In this document: piece after piece, positions 8,957-18,405 of the stretch
Position numbering within the stretch: the stretch's first letter is position 1
Layout: each line of letters begins with the position of its first letter
Source of the DNA: Haloquadratum walsbyi C23
GTDB taxonomy: Archaea; Halobacteriota; Halobacteria; Halobacteriales; Haloferacaceae
Assembly: GCF_000237865.1 (NCBI RefSeq)
Contig: NC_017459.1
Location: forward strand, 2,070,001 to 2,102,000
Direction: 5' to 3'
DNA: 32,000 nt
The notes under the pieces: model-generated
The model's input: only the letters and a program-made list of their open reading frames with translations
What the model was told of the DNA's origin: nothing
The model's database searches: none
Made by a program: the position numbers and the translations under genes

Positions 8957-10071
8957 CAGAAACGAAGACCCAGACAGAGACAGAGACAGACGAAGAGGAA
9001 GGTACAGACACGGACACAGCATTAGATACAACCATATATTACGACGACGACGCAGATCGCGAATATATTGATGATAAAACAGTGGCTGTGCTTGGCTATG
9101 GAAGCCAGGGGCATGCACACGCACAGAATCTTGCCGATAGCGGCATTGATGTGATTGTCGGATTATATGAGGGATCAAGCTCTCGAGATGCTGCCAGAGC
9201 GGATGGGCTTCGTGTTGAAACGCCAGCAACGGCTGCTGATGAAGCAGACATCGTATCAGTGCTTGTTCCAGACACAGTCCAACCGGACGTATTTGAGGCG
9301 ATTCAGGATGGTCTTGACGCAGGCAATACATTACAGTTCGCTCATGGATTCAATATTCATTATAATCAGATCCAGCCGCCTGCAGATGTTGACGTCACAA
9401 TGGTCGCACCAAAGGCGCCAGGTCATCTTGTTCGTCGGAATTACGAAGCTGGTGAGGGAACTCCTGGTCTTGTTGCAGTATATCAGAATACGACTGGAAC
9501 GGCACGTAAGGAAGCAGTCGCATACGCACATGCAATCGGTTGTACGCGCGCTGGTGCAATCGAGACAACGTTCCGTGAAGAAACTGAGACTGACCTCTTC
9601 GGTGAGCAAGCGGTGCTTTGTGGTGGGGCAACGGCACTGGTTAAGCAAGGATATGAGACACTTGTTGATGCTGGATACTCACCAGAAATGGCATACTTTG
9701 AATGTCTAAATGAACTCAAGCTTATTGTTGATCTGATGTATGAGGGCGGTCTGAGTGAGATGTGGAATTCAGTGTCAGATACCGCTGAGTACGGTGGACT
9801 CACGCGTGGAAATCAAGTGATTGATGAATCCGTCCGTGAAGAGATGGAGTCAATTCTTGAGGGTGTGCAGGATGGAACGTTCGCACGTGAGTGGATTTCA
9901 GAGAATCAGGCGAACCGTCCGTCATATACACAATTGAAGGCCGCCGAAGAAGCACATGAGATTGAGGCGGTCGGCGAGCCATTACGTGATCTATTTGCGT
10001 GGAGTGACAATGAGGAAACAAATGATGAAAGTGATGTCGTATCAGAGCCAGAGGCTGCTGCTGACGACTAG
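8953..10071 (+). CDS. ilvC: Ketol-acid reductoisomerase
   Basis: ATGA overlap with the ilvN stop. Rossmann motif [19 protein letters not shown] core ([22 protein letters not shown]). Confidence 0.95.
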   Translation: MTETKTQTETETDEEEGTDTDTALDTTIYYDDDADREYIDDKTVAVLGYGSQGHAHAQNLADSGIDVIVGLYEGSSSRDAARADGLRVETPATAADEADIVSVLVPDTVQPDVFEAIQDGLDAGNTLQFAHGFNIHYNQIQPPADVDVTMVAPKAPGHLVRRNYEAGEGTPGLVAVYQNTTGTARKEAVAYAHAIGCTRAGAIETTFREETETDLFGEQAVLCGGATALVKQGYETLVDAGYSPEMAYFECLNELKLIVDLMYEGGLSEMWNSVSDTAEYGGLTRGNQVIDESVREEMESILEGVQDGTFAREWISENQANRPSYTQLKAAEEAHEIEAVGEPLRDLFAWSDNEETNDESDVVSEPEAAADD

Positions 10072-10089
10072 AAATTAACATAAATTATA

Positions 10090-11556
10090 ATGAGTTCAAA
10101 TACGCTGTACGATACTGTCTGGGAGAAGCACAAAGTCGCTGAATTGCCAAACGGACAAGATCAGTTATTCATCGGATTGCATCTTGTTCATGAGGTAACG
10201 AGTCCGCAAGCCTTCGGTATGCTTCGTGAGCGCGATCTTGATGTTGCGTTTCCTGATCGCACGTTTGCGACGACCGATCATATCGCGCCAACGACACCAC
10301 AAGGTCGTGAACGACCATTACAGGATGATCAGGCTGAAAATATGCTCCAGGCGCTTGAACACAATACATCTGAGAATGGAATCACATTCTTTGGATTAAA
10401 TGGTGAAAAGCAAGGGATAACCCACGTTGTCGCACCAGAGTTAGGATTAAGCCAACCAGGAATGACTGTCGCCTGTGGTGATTCTCACACCAGCACACAC
10501 GGTGCATTCGGGTCAGTCGGAATTGGAATCGGGACATCACAAATCCGTGATGTACTCGCAACTGGGTGTATTGCCGCTGAGAAACAGCAAGTTCGCCGGA
10601 TTGAGGTGACCGGAACGCTCAGTGAAGAAGTATACGCAAAGGATATTATTCTGAAGATTATCCGTGATCTCGGCGTTGGCGGTGGCGTCGGGCATGTATA
10701 TGAATACGGAGGTGAGGCAATCGAGAACCTCGATATGGAGGGTCGACTTGCAGTCTGTAATATGTCGATTGAGGGTGGTGCCCGTGCAGGGTATATTAAT
10801 CCCGACCAGACGACATATGAGTATCTAAAAGGTCGTGAATATGCACCTGATGTCGATGACTGGGATGAGCATGTGGAATATTGGGATACACTTCGATCAG
10901 GTGATGATGCCGAATACGACGATGTTGTTGAGATTAATGCTGATGACCTCGCGCCAATGGTCACATGGGGAATCAATCCTGGTCAAGTCGTAAGTGTTGA
11001 TGAGGAAATTCCAAGTCTTGACGCAATGGCTGATGAGACAGCCCGAAAAGCTGCGCAAAAAGCGTTCGATCATATGGAACTCAATCCTGGTGAGACGATG
11101 GAAGGCTATGATGTTGATGTTGCATTCTTAGGTACCTGTACAAATGGTCGGTTCTCAGACTTCAAAGAGGCCGCTCGCGTGATTGAGGGCAAACAGATTG
11201 ACTCAGGTGTTCACGGGCTTGCAGTTCCTGGCTCTGAAACTGTTCGAAGACAGTGTGAAGCAGCAGGTCTTGATGAAATCTTCCGTGAGGCTGGCTTTGA
11301 ATGGCGTCAAGCAGGGTGTTCGATGTGCTTGGCGATGAATAATGATAGTCTTGAAGCTGGTGAGGTATGTGCATCATCGTCGAACCGGAATTTCATCGGT
11401 CGACAGGGTGATAAAGAAGGGCGAACAGTGCTGATGTCGCCGGCAATGGTTGCTGCAGCAGCCATCGAGGGGGAGATTACTGATATTCGTGAACATGAAC
11501 TCACAGAGATTGACACGAAGACAAATCCAACTGCAGTCGTAAAAGGTGACGACTGA
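10090..11556 (+). CDS. leuC: 3-isopropylmalate dehydratase large subunit
   Basis: Aconitase-family cluster ligand motifs ACGDSHTSTHGAFG and GCSMCLAMN, plus SSSNRNFIGRQG. Confidence 0.95.
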   Translation: MSSNTLYDTVWEKHKVAELPNGQDQLFIGLHLVHEVTSPQAFGMLRERDLDVAFPDRTFATTDHIAPTTPQGRERPLQDDQAENMLQALEHNTSENGITFFGLNGEKQGITHVVAPELGLSQPGMTVACGDSHTSTHGAFGSVGIGIGTSQIRDVLATGCIAAEKQQVRRIEVTGTLSEEVYAKDIILKIIRDLGVGGGVGHVYEYGGEAIENLDMEGRLAVCNMSIEGGARAGYINPDQTTYEYLKGREYAPDVDDWDEHVEYWDTLRSGDDAEYDDVVEINADDLAPMVTWGINPGQVVSVDEEIPSLDAMADETARKAAQKAFDHMELNPGETMEGYDVDVAFLGTCTNGRFSDFKEAARVIEGKQIDSGVHGLAVPGSETVRRQCEAAGLDEIFREAGFEWRQAGCSMCLAMNNDSLEAGEVCASSSNRNFIGRQGDKEGRTVLMSPAMVAAAAIEGEITDIREHELTEIDTKTNPTAVVKGDD

Positions 11557-12164
11557 TGTCGGTTCATGATACGATGGAGATTCGGCGGGTTGCAGGCACC
11601 GGTGTTCCTGTCCGCGGGAATGATGTTGACACTGATCAAATTATGCCTGCGCGATTCATGAAGGAGGTCACCTTCGATAATATGGGTGAGTATGTCTTTT
11701 ATGATGCGCGTCGAGATGACGATGGGAATCCGAACGATCACCCGCTCAATGAGTACAAAGGTGCAAGCATTCTTATTGTGAATAAGAACTTTGGCTGTGG
11801 ATCCTCGCGTGAGCACGCACCACAAGGACTGATGCGATGGGGAATCCGTGGAGTCATTGGTGAGTCATTCGCAGAGATATTTGCGGATAATTGTAAGTCA
11901 CTCGGGATTCCAGCAATGACAACTGATCAAGAGACAATTAATCATCTTCAGTCATTTGTCGAGAGTGACCCCGAGGCTGGACTTGAAATGGACGTCAACG
12001 ATAGTGTCGTCATCTATGATGGAGAGGAAGTCGATGTTGAGATTGATGATGCAATGCAAGAGGCGCTTATTGATGGAATCTGGGATACGACTGCGGTGAT
12101 GCATTCAAACATGGATCGTGTCCGCGATACAGTAAATGAGTTGCCATACGTTGAGGATCGATAA
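11556..12164 (+). CDS. leuD: 3-isopropylmalate dehydratase small subunit
   Basis: 1-nt TGATG overlap with leuC. Motif NFGCGSSREHAPQ. Confidence 0.95.
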   Translation: MSVHDTMEIRRVAGTGVPVRGNDVDTDQIMPARFMKEVTFDNMGEYVFYDARRDDDGNPNDHPLNEYKGASILIVNKNFGCGSSREHAPQGLMRWGIRGVIGESFAEIFADNCKSLGIPAMTTDQETINHLQSFVESDPEAGLEMDVNDSVVIYDGEEVDVEIDDAMQEALIDGIWDTTAVMHSNMDRVRDTVNELPYVEDR

Positions 12165-12167
12165 GAG

Positions 12168-13172
12168 ATGAGTCGCGGGGGTGAACACGAGATAGTCGTT
12201 ATCGAGGGCGATGGGATTGGTCAAGAAGTTATCCCTGCAGCAGTCGCAGTACTGCAAGCAGTTGATGAGGTTGGGTTTTCATTCACTGAAAAGCAAGCCG
12301 GTGATGACACACGTGATCAAACGGGGGCTGCCCTTCCAGAAACAACATATGAAGCCGCCGCTGACGCAGATGCAACGTTATTCGGCGCTGCCGGGGAAAC
12401 AGCAGCCGATGTTATCCTGCCACTTCGTGAGGCAGTCGGATCATTTGTGAATATTCGACCAGCCCGGGCATATCCTGGTGTTGATGCATTACAGCCAGAG
12501 ACAGATCTTGTGTTCCTTCGAGAAAACACGGAGGGTGTGTATTCAGGACATGAAGATCGACTTTCTGAGGACCTTTCAACATTAACGCGCGTAATTACAA
12601 CATCAGCCTCAGAGCAACTTGCAGAATATGCCTGTTCGTATGTCACTGAACGCAGTATCGATGGATTTCATACTGTTCATAAAGCGAATGTGATGCAAGA
12701 AACAGATGGTCGGTTTCGTGATGCTGTCTCTCGCGTGGCTGCGAATAACGATGTTGCAACAAATGAGGTGCTCATGGATGCATTCGCAACACGAATCTGT
12801 CTCAATCCAACACAATTTGATGTTGTCGTCTGCCCTAATCTCGCTGGTGATGTGCTCTCTGACCTTGCTGCTGGATTAGTTGGTGGGCTTGGGTTGTTAC
12901 CGTCAGCGAATATCGGGCAGACAAATGCATTGTTTGAACCGGTTCATGGGACCGCACCTGATATTGCAGGTGATGGAATTGCAAATCCCTCTGCATCAAT
13001 CCTCTCTGCAGGAATGTTGCTTGAATATCTTGATGAGACAGATGCAGCTACAGACGTGCAGATGGCTGTTGAATCGGTACTTAACTCAGGACCACGAACA
13101 CCTGACCTTGGCGGTAATGCGAGCACTGAAGCCGTTGTGAACGCAGTTATCGAGCAACTTAGCTCACACTGA
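12168..13172 (+). CDS. leuB: 3-isopropylmalate dehydrogenase
   Basis: Starts 3 nt after leuD. Signature [25 protein letters not shown] of the isocitrate/isopropylmalate dehydrogenase family. Confidence 0.9.
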   Translation: MSRGGEHEIVVIEGDGIGQEVIPAAVAVLQAVDEVGFSFTEKQAGDDTRDQTGAALPETTYEAAADADATLFGAAGETAADVILPLREAVGSFVNIRPARAYPGVDALQPETDLVFLRENTEGVYSGHEDRLSEDLSTLTRVITTSASEQLAEYACSYVTERSIDGFHTVHKANVMQETDGRFRDAVSRVAANNDVATNEVLMDAFATRICLNPTQFDVVVCPNLAGDVLSDLAAGLVGGLGLLPSANIGQTNALFEPVHGTAPDIAGDGIANPSASILSAGMLLEYLDETDAATDVQMAVESVLNSGPRTPDLGGNASTEAVVNAVIEQLSSH

Positions 13173-13176
13173 CTCG

Positions 13177-13211
13177 TCGTTTGTCGTTTGTGGTCTGTCG
13201 TTTGTCGTTCG
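13177..13211. repeat. Five tandem heptamer units (TCGTTTG-like) immediately after the leuB stop
   Basis: TCGTTTG TCGTTTG TGGTCTG TCGTTTG TCGTTCG read directly. T-rich, so possibly the transcription end of the operon. Confidence 0.7.
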
Positions 13212-13496
13212 GTGTGTATTACTTTTGTATCGATGGCGATGAGTCGTACTCTCGATATATGTTATCGGTTAGATACCAGGGATAGTGCCGCTGAGATATA
13301 TTCCACGATAGAACTAGAATGTGATACAATCTATCGCACAAATTCCACTGAAGATACGTCTGCTATTATGTATGCAAAGAACACTTACAATGATTGAAAT
13401 CCCTACAATGAGCAATGATATGTATGCGACGGTTACGTATCCCCATGAAGTTAGAAGGGCAGACACAAAGAGATCGCTACAGAGAGTGTGATAGCA

Positions 13497-13766
13497 ATGC
13501 CTGAACGAGTTGTCACCGTTGTGCCCGAGGATGGTCTCCACGCACGCCCTGCCTCAAAGTTCGTTGAGGCAGCGAATGAATTTGACGCGGAAGTACAGGT
13601 AGGGCATATTGATGATAATCCAGTAAACGCTGCAAGTATGCTTGCAGTGACAGGGCTTGCGGTGACGTGCGGTGATGACGTGCAGGTGCGTGCAGAGGGA
13701 CCGGACGCAGACGCTGCACTTGATGAACTGACACGGATTCTGTCTACACCAGAGGAGGATCTCTGA
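13497..13766 (+). CDS. ptsH: PTS phosphocarrier protein HPr
   Basis: MPERVVTVVPEDGLHARPASKFV contains the active-site His motif GLHARPA. ATG at 13497; an in-frame GTG lies at 13488. Confidence 0.9.
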   Translation: MPERVVTVVPEDGLHARPASKFVEAANEFDAEVQVGHIDDNPVNAASMLAVTGLAVTCGDDVQVRAEGPDADAALDELTRILSTPEEDL

Positions 13767-13770
13767 GCGA

Positions 13771-15492
13771 ATGACAGAGCAACGGCTCAATGGTGTTGGT
13801 GTTTCACCGATATCAGCCAGTGGAACAGCTATCTGGTATACACCGGAGCCAACACTCACTGATCCGCCAGCCCCAGAAACGATTGACGGTGACGATGAGT
13901 GGAATCGCTTCCTAACAGCCCGACAGACAGCAAAATCAGAACTTCAAGATGAGCGCGAGCAGACCGCTGCTGCAGTTGGCGAGTCAGAAGCCGAGGTATT
14001 CGATGCGCATATTCAATTTCTCGAGGATCCGCAGATAGAATCGGGTGTTGAGTCAGCGGTTGAATCAGGACGTCCAGCAGAGCACGCGGTCTCTGAAACA
14101 TTCTCCGAATTTATTGAGCAATTCGAGGGGATGAGTGGACAAATGGCAGAACGTGCGGATGATCTGCGTGATGTACGTGATCGTCTGATCCGAATCTTGA
14201 GCGATAGTGAGCGCGCAGATCTCAGCTCGGTCCCACCGGACAGCGTGATTTTTGCAGAGCGGCTCACACCGAGTGATACTGCACAGCTTGATCCGGACCG
14301 AGTCGCGGGATTCGCAACGGTCGCCGGTGGGCGTACGTCACACGCAGCCATCTTTGCACGATCACTCGCACTCCCGGCTGTCGTTGGTGTCGGAACAGAA
14401 CTCAATACAATTGCAACTGAATCGACGGTTGTTGTTGATGGCACAGCGGGTACAGTTATTATTGATCCTACTGCAGAGACACAGGCGGCTGTCGGAAACG
14501 AATCCATCGCAATACAGACTGAGTCAGTGTCGACGGGAGATGGACATTCAATTGAGGTGGCTGCGAATGTCGGGACCAATGCTGATATCCAGACAGCACA
14601 GGAGCATGGTGCAGATGGGATTGGACTGTTTCGATCAGAGTTTCTCTTTCTTGACCGCGCAGAGCCACCAACAGAAGCTGAGCAATACAAGACATATCGA
14701 TCGGCACTTGAGTCGTTTCCTGATGGTCGAGTCATTGTCAGGACACTCGATATTGGTGGTGATAAACAGATTGAGTATCTGGATCTCCCAACAGAGGAAA
14801 ACCCGTTTCTTGGCGAACGTGGAATCCGGCGGTCATTAGGACCTGATGAGGATCTCTTCAAAACGCAATTGCGTGCATTGTTGCGTGCAGGGCGTGATGC
14901 TAAGACTGGTAGTGGCACCCTTGCAGTGATGATTCCACTTGTCTCGACGATTGAAGAAGTGACCGACGCACGCGCAATGATTGAGACGGTTGCAAGCAAC
15001 ATAGAAACAAAGGGTGTCGATGACGCACCAGATAGCAGAGTCGAGACTCCAGAATTTGGTGTGATGATTGAAACACCCGCAAGTGCATTTCTTGCCCCAG
15101 CACTCACTGATCACGTTGATTTCTTTAGTATCGGGACGAATGACCTTGCGCAATATGTAATGGCAGCAGAGCGCGGAAATGACCATGTGAAGACCCTTGG
15201 TGATTATCGGCAGCCGGCTGTGTTTCGAGCGATTGATACAACAGTACGCGCCGCTGAGGGGACGGACACCTGGGTCGGGATGTGTGGAGAGATGGCAGGT
15301 GATCCATCAATGACAGAGTTACTCATTGGGCTTGGTCTGACAGAATTGAGTATGAGTGCTGTCTCCGTCCCGCGAGTGAAAACAGCAGTTCAAGAAACAA
15401 GTGTATCGGAGGCACAAGCACTTGTCGAGAACATTCGCGAGGCGACAACTCAGGATATGATTAAGTCATTACTTCGCACTTCTGTAAGGTGA
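13771..15492 (+). CDS. ptsI: Phosphoenolpyruvate-protein phosphotransferase (PTS Enzyme I)
   Basis: Starts 4 nt after ptsH. Phospho-His motif GGRTSHAAIFARSL. PEP-utilising C-terminal domain with GMCGEMAGDP. Confidence 0.95.
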   Translation: MTEQRLNGVGVSPISASGTAIWYTPEPTLTDPPAPETIDGDDEWNRFLTARQTAKSELQDEREQTAAAVGESEAEVFDAHIQFLEDPQIESGVESAVESGRPAEHAVSETFSEFIEQFEGMSGQMAERADDLRDVRDRLIRILSDSERADLSSVPPDSVIFAERLTPSDTAQLDPDRVAGFATVAGGRTSHAAIFARSLALPAVVGVGTELNTIATESTVVVDGTAGTVIIDPTAETQAAVGNESIAIQTESVSTGDGHSIEVAANVGTNADIQTAQEHGADGIGLFRSEFLFLDRAEPPTEAEQYKTYRSALESFPDGRVIVRTLDIGGDKQIEYLDLPTEENPFLGERGIRRSLGPDEDLFKTQLRALLRAGRDAKTGSGTLAVMIPLVSTIEEVTDARAMIETVASNIETKGVDDAPDSRVETPEFGVMIETPASAFLAPALTDHVDFFSIGTNDLAQYVMAAERGNDHVKTLGDYRQPAVFRAIDTTVRAAEGTDTWVGMCGEMAGDPSMTELLIGLGLTELSMSAVSVPRVKTAVQETSVSEAQALVENIREATTQDMIKSLLRTSVR

Positions 15493-15516
15493 TTCAACTG
15501 TGGAAATCTCATCCGG

Positions 15517-15521
15517 TTTTT
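15517..15521 (+). terminator. Oligo-T tract downstream of ptsI
   Basis: A TTTTT run 25 nt after the ptsI stop. Archaeal terminators are typically oligo-T. This is weak evidence. Confidence 0.25.
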
Positions 15522-15583
15522 GTATGATATCGTAGACATATCGCTCCACATTGTTTATGATGGAGGCGATAAAACAACTGTGT

Positions 15584-15590
15584 GAGGTGA
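15584..15590 (+). promoter_or_regulatory. Shine-Dalgarno-like GAGGTGA upstream of the fba GTG start
   Basis: GAGGTGA lies 6 nt upstream of GTG 15597 and is complementary to the archaeal 16S 3' end consensus. Confidence 0.45.
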
Positions 15591-15596
15591 CAAAAA

Positions 15597-16589
15597 GTGC
15601 CGTTCTACGGCGGGAGTGAACTTGCGACCGTCTACGACGATGCGCTCACAGAGGGATTTGGGCTTATTGCATCAAATATCGCCGAGCCAAACATAATGAT
15701 GGGGTTAATCGAAGGTGCTGCCCGAAAGGATTCAGATATACTGTTACAACTCAGTGGGGGTGCCAGCACGTTCGCTGGAAATGAAGACCCGGTTGATGGG
15801 CTTCAAGCGATGGGAGCCTACATTGAGGCAATTGCTGATCAGTATGATATCGGCGTGTTTCTTAATATGGATCATCAATCAGATCTTGGATTCATTGAGG
15901 CGCAAATGGATCTTGGGATTCCCTCTTCAATAATGATCGATGCATCACATGAACCGTTTGAAGAAAATGTTGCGCGAAGTCGTGAAGTTGTTGAGATGAA
16001 AAAGGACAAAGATGCTGATGTCCTTATTGAGGCTGAACTTGGACAGATCAAAGGTGTCGAAGATAACATCGAAGCTGCTGAGGCATTCTATACTGATCCA
16101 GAACAAGCTGTCGAATTTGTTGATCGAACTGGATGTGATTTACTTGCTATCTCTGTCGGCACGCAACACGGGGTTGCAAAAGGTAAGAATCTCGAGCTTC
16201 GACCGGACCTTGCACAAGAAATCCGACAAACGCTTCGTGATCATGGACTAGATACACCACTCGTGCTCCATGGATCCTCAGGCGTACAGCCGAGACAACT
16301 CCAAGAAATGCTCCAACATGGGATTTGTAAGGTAAATAAGGATACCCGATATCAATATGAGTATACTCGAACAGCATTCGACCTATACCGAGATGATGGA
16401 ACAGCAATCGTTCCGCCTGAGGATATCGACGCAAATCGAGAGACGTTTTTCAATGACACTGAGTGGTCACCAAATAAGGATATCTTTGACCCGCGAGTGG
16501 CTGGTCGCCAGATTCGTGACCGGATTGCAGATGTGCATGCAGAACTGACGGAAGTCTCTGGCAGTGCCGGACATAGTCGATTCGCCTAA
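15597..16589 (+). CDS. fba: Class II fructose-bisphosphate aldolase (ketose-bisphosphate aldolase family)
   Basis: GTG start. Motifs [24 protein letters not shown] and VCKVNKDT, typical of class II FBA/tagatose-bisphosphate aldolases. Confidence 0.85.
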   Translation: MPFYGGSELATVYDDALTEGFGLIASNIAEPNIMMGLIEGAARKDSDILLQLSGGASTFAGNEDPVDGLQAMGAYIEAIADQYDIGVFLNMDHQSDLGFIEAQMDLGIPSSIMIDASHEPFEENVARSREVVEMKKDKDADVLIEAELGQIKGVEDNIEAAEAFYTDPEQAVEFVDRTGCDLLAISVGTQHGVAKGKNLELRPDLAQEIRQTLRDHGLDTPLVLHGSSGVQPRQLQEMLQHGICKVNKDTRYQYEYTRTAFDLYRDDGTAIVPPEDIDANRETFFNDTEWSPNKDIFDPRVAGRQIRDRIADVHAELTEVSGSAGHSRFA

Positions 16590-16658
16590 TCGCGAATGAA
16601 AATGCGGTAAAAAGGGTATGCCATCACACGCAACCCAATCCGATTCAATGTAGTTCAA

Positions 16659-16694
16659 TTCATATTCATATTCATATTCATGCTCATGATCATC
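16659..16694. repeat. Hexamer microsatellite (TTCATA)3 degenerating into TTCATG CTCATG ATCATC
   Basis: Read directly in the fba/GNAT intergenic region. Confidence 0.85.
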
Positions 16695-16908
16695 ACAATC
16701 TATTAGTATATATTCGTTGTCAGAAATAGGGGAGATTATATTTGATATGGTAGCTCTTAGTATTGGATGCATCGATGCGTTTGGTTTACACAGTGACAGT
16801 GACAGTAGCATGACGTACTGGCGATAAGAAACCAGGGGGTCTTTATTGGGTTTTTGATTGGTAGTAAATGTGGCTGACGGTGGAATTATATTAATCGTAC
16901 CGTTAAGT

Positions 16909-17394
16909 ATGCTCGTGAGCGTCAACGTCGAAGTGCAGGTCGACCCTCCAGGGGATGATGACCGCGTTGAAACAGCGTGGACCCTCAAAGAACAGATTCG
17001 AACAGAGGAGGGAGTGCTCAAACAGCGACGACCCTTCTTTACCGACGCGTATCGTCGCTCGAAGACACACCTACTCTTCGAGGATGACGATCTTGTCGGA
17101 TTTGCCTCGGTCCGACGCGATGGCTATATTCTTTTTCTTGCTATTTCGCCTTCGTATCGTGGTGAGGGACATGGAAAACGGTTAGTTGCAGAGGCAGCGA
17201 ATGATCATGAGTCAATCTCGTGTCATGCACGAGCAACGAATGAATCCGCACTTTCATTCTATGAGTATCTTGGCTTTGAAATTGTCCGGCGAATCACCAG
17301 CTATTATGAAGATGGTGGTGATGCATATTATCTCAAACTTGGTGACACACCCTCAATACGAGATCGATTTGCAGACTTGCTTCGGCGGTCTTGA
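16909..17394 (+). CDS. GNAT-family N-acetyltransferase
   Basis: Motif A is present: LAISPSYRGEGHGKRLV, followed by NESALSFYEYLGFE. ATG 16909 is preferred over the TTG at 16858. Confidence 0.8.
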   Translation: MLVSVNVEVQVDPPGDDDRVETAWTLKEQIRTEEGVLKQRRPFFTDAYRRSKTHLLFEDDDLVGFASVRRDGYILFLAISPSYRGEGHGKRLVAEAANDHESISCHARATNESALSFYEYLGFEIVRRITSYYEDGGDAYYLKLGDTPSIRDRFADLLRRS

Positions 17395-17484
17395 AAATAT
17401 TTGATGTTCTCTCATCCTGAAGAGCGAGGCTTTCATCTCGAACTTTCCGTAAGCTAATACCACTTCACAGCGATTGAATAGCGC

Positions 17485-18369
17485 ATGAGATTTTTACATT
17501 CGTCATCATTTGTGTCACCTATGCTTGAGATGAATGGTGATGATCGTGTGCACGTACTCCTTCGAACAGGTGCTTTCGCAGCCATTCTCACCACTGGAAT
17601 CTGGGTGTTCACTGACCGATCACTCATCTCAGCCGCGATTCCGTTCGTCCTCATTGTGGTATGGCGGGTGATTGAGACGCTTCTCGATCCGTATGATATT
17701 CCATCAGGCACCGACGGGATAGCCATTGGATTGTTTTTGACCGCTATTAGTGGATCATGGCTCATTGTTGGAGCAAATCGACCATGGCTTCCTGTGATTG
17801 CGGTCGTATGTGGAATGTGGTTCACTGCTGATGGCTATAAGACATATCGTGATGGACCACCCGGTCATTCGACTCACTCATATCTTGAGAACACTGAGAG
17901 TGGGATTGAGGCGATTCAACGAGTACAACAAGTAGGCCAGATCATGCGTTCGCTCCGTGAACATCCACAAACACCAGCTGAAGTCGCAGCGGATGTTGGA
18001 ATCTCTGAGAAAGAGGCGGCACTTGCACTCGAGAGTCTGACTGAACGTGATATGGTAGAGCAGGTTGAACACGGGAAGAAAGACAGTATACATAGCGAGA
18101 TTGGCAGAGATAATGAATCAAATGGAAGGATGTCTGCCAGTAGCGTTGCACCTACCGAGACAAAGACGCATGCTGATACAAGCGGATCAGTGGATGCCAA
18201 TGTGAATAAAACTCCGAGCTATGAGGTGAAAACACAGCAGTCCGAAGCAAATGGATCACAAAACCAGCAAATATTGTATCGCGCGAGTGATGGGTCATTC
18301 AGCGGACGAAACAGAGTCATGCAAGGGCTTCAATGGATTCCAAAGCGACTATTTCGACCGTTTCGATAA
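17485..18369 (+). CDS. Membrane protein with a cytoplasmic winged-helix (HTH) domain and a polar C-terminal tail
   Basis: Three to four hydrophobic helices in the first ~110 aa. Then IMRSLREHPQTPAEVAADVGISEKEAALALESLTERDMVEQ, which is MarR/TrmB-like wHTH. Start ambiguous (M1, M13 or M16). Confidence 0.7.
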   Translation: MRFLHSSSFVSPMLEMNGDDRVHVLLRTGAFAAILTTGIWVFTDRSLISAAIPFVLIVVWRVIETLLDPYDIPSGTDGIAIGLFLTAISGSWLIVGANRPWLPVIAVVCGMWFTADGYKTYRDGPPGHSTHSYLENTESGIEAIQRVQQVGQIMRSLREHPQTPAEVAADVGISEKEAALALESLTERDMVEQVEHGKKDSIHSEIGRDNESNGRMSASSVAPTETKTHADTSGSVDANVNKTPSYEVKTQQSEANGSQNQQILYRASDGSFSGRNRVMQGLQWIPKRLFRPFR

Positions 18370-18405
18370 GTTCTCAGGTTCTGAGTGATATTTGACGGAT
18401 ATCGA

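Noticed and set aside
10485-11825. 163 aa and 172 aa minus-strand ORFs within leuC/leuD
   Set aside because: They are antisense to motif-supported aconitase-family genes and have a Ser/Ile/Pro-rich composition.
14013-15107. 364 aa ORF antisense to ptsI
   Set aside because: It lies entirely inside the strongly supported Enzyme I gene. Its Ser/Arg/Ala-rich basic composition is an antisense-frame artefact.
16467-17021. 184 aa minus-strand ORF spanning the fba 3' end, the intergenic repeats and the GNAT 5' end
   Set aside because: It overlaps two supported genes and runs through microsatellites (HEHEYEYEYE). Its composition is not protein-like.
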